Below are positions 48,510 to 49,147 of a DNA stretch of 49,147 nt, piece after piece. Under the pieces are notes generated by a model that ran no database searches, had not been told where the DNA came from, and saw only the letters and a program-made list of their open reading frames with translations. Both the position numbers and the translations under genes were made by a program. This DNA comes from Chiloscyllium plagiosum (lineage: Eukaryota): the NCBI RefSeq assembly GCF_004010195.1, contig NC_057721.1, positions 49,727,266 through 49,776,412 of the forward strand, written 5' to 3'. Every line of letters begins with the position of its first letter. Position 1 is the first letter of the stretch.

Positions 48510-48785
48510 TTGGGCACCTTGCAGACTATTTCCCCGTATTGCATGCCTTTGAGGATGTGGCCATCTTCCATCCTGCACATATGCCCAAGCTAGTGAAACC
48601 ATCTTGATCAGTGCCAGTGTGCTTGGCAGGCTTGCCCTAGTTAGGACTGCTTCATTGGTAATTTGTGTTTCTGTGAGTGCCAGGATATCATGCAGATATC
48701 ATAGTTGGAGAATATTGACATTGTTCTTTTGATAGATTATCCAGGCTTTCCAGCTGCACACCAATGTGCTGAGGACATAGGACTT
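48510..48785 (-). mobile_element. RTE-clade LINE fragment, decayed
   Basis: Minus strand gives VLSTL...AW and ITNEAVLTRASLPS, followed by a shifted LGH.CRMEDG.I.K-like segment. Confidence 0.65.
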
Positions 48786-48794
48786 GTAGTTAAA

Positions 48795-49147
48795 TATCAG
48801 AATGTTCTCATGGGGGAGGGGGCCAGCAGGAGGTCATTGTCTACATTGGAACCAACGATATAAAGGTTGAGATTCTGAAGGGAGATTACAGAGAGTTAGG
48901 CAGAAATTTAAAAAGGAGGTCCTCGAGGGTAGTAATATCTGGATTACTCCCAGTGCTACGAGCTAGTGAGAGCAGGAATAGGAGGATAGAGCAGATTAAT
49001 GCATGGCTAAGGAGCTGGTGTATGGGAGAAGGATTCACATTTTTGGATCATTGGAATCCCTTTTGGGGTCGAAGTGACCTGTACAAGAAAGATGGATTGC
49101 ACCTAAATTGGAAGGGGACTAATATACTGGCAGGGAGATTTGCTAGA
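48795..49147 (+). mobile_element. CR1 LINE ORF1 SGNH/GDSL esterase domain (runs off the window end)
   Basis: VIVYIGTNDI...VVISGLLP...INAWLRSWC...FTFLDHW...DGLHLNWKG carries the GxND and DGLH blocks typical of CR1 ORF1 esterases. Confidence 0.9.

Noticed and set aside
1-49147. CRISPR array or prokaryotic operon/defence system
   Set aside because: No regularly spaced repeat-spacer array or dense ORF organisation; the sequence is intron- and retroelement-rich vertebrate DNA.

Overview
Eukaryotic, AT-rich, repeat-dense vertebrate DNA. The repeat set (HE1-type tRNA-derived SINEs, HER1/CR1 LINEs, Deu-domain SINEs, Penelope-like elements) points to a cartilaginous fish, most likely a shark. Most ORFs in the supplied track are repeat-derived or chance. 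The one securely identifiable host gene is the T-cell receptor zeta chain (CD247/CD3 zeta) on the + strand: a 104-nt transmembrane exon (42433-42536, missed by the ORF track) and the next 69-nt exon ending in the first ITAM tyrosine (43748-43816). Its signal-peptide exon could not be assigned with certainty, and I found no further ITAM exons in the window. The rest is LINE relics (CR1, Rex1/Babar-like, RTE-like), SINEs, a decayed PIF/Harbinger transposase and a possible unrecognised minus-strand gene near 14.3-17.5 kb. The most striking non-genic signal is a set of ~200-bp palindromic Penelope-derived insertions. Three have their own 14-16 bp target-site duplication, the inversion junction differs between copies, and the arm sequence carries a hammerhead-ribozyme-like core (CTGAAGA-A-GGGC-ttat-GCCC-GAAAC-GTC). 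All family assignments come from motif recognition by eye, not database searches.
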